Positions 22,932 through 22,988 of a stretch of DNA of 22,988 nucleotides are shown piece after piece. Made by a program: the position numbers and the translations under genes. How positions within the stretch are numbered: the first letter of the stretch is position 1; the number at the start of each line of letters is the position of its first letter. The notes below the pieces were generated by a model. That model ran no database searches. It was not told the DNA's origin and worked only from the letters and a program-made list of their open reading frames with translations. Source of the DNA: a virus (lineage: Duplodnaviria > Heunggongvirae > Uroviricota > Caudoviricetes); the IMG/VR virus record IMGVR_UViG_3300021387_000076. One strand, given 5' to 3'.

Positions 22932-22988
22932 TTAATATTCGTCTTCATAGAACCATTTGTAATCATGAAGCTGACCATCAAATTCCAT
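22932..22988 (-). CDS. 3' end of an upstream gene (partial)
   Basis: An open frame from the window edge, ...MEFDGQLHDYKWFYEDEY*, ends just before the RBS of the next gene. Confidence 0.4.
   Translation of the reverse strand: MEFDGQLHDYKWFYEDEY

Overview
This is a fragment of a large tailed-phage or prophage genome, probably infecting a Firmicutes (Clostridia-like) host. All supported genes lie on the minus strand. The replication/recombination block encodes a PD-(D/E)XK nuclease (partial), a metallophosphoesterase, an RNA ligase, a primase-helicase, two SSBs, a BRO/ANT antirepressor, a Sak-like annealing protein and a 943-aa YonO-like single-subunit RNA polymerase. Two tRNAs (Ile-UAU, Leu-UAA) and a probable iteron origin beside a winged-HTH gene are also present. 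The main observation is a retron-like reverse transcriptase (12956-14146) with no ncRNA next to it. About 1 kb downstream (11135-11939) lies a tightly packed array of five retron-type msr-msd cassettes. Each cassette has its own flanking inverted repeat, a G immediately after the 5' arm, a conserved GGT-NNN-AYC stem-loop and a different msd hairpin. A possible sixth, orphan cassette lies at 20327-20465. The RT is the next gene after a phage-encoded ubiquitin-like cassette (Ubl fusion, E2-like, DHH, JAB, E1/ThiF). All assignments come from reading motifs and base-pairing by eye; no database search or folding program was run.
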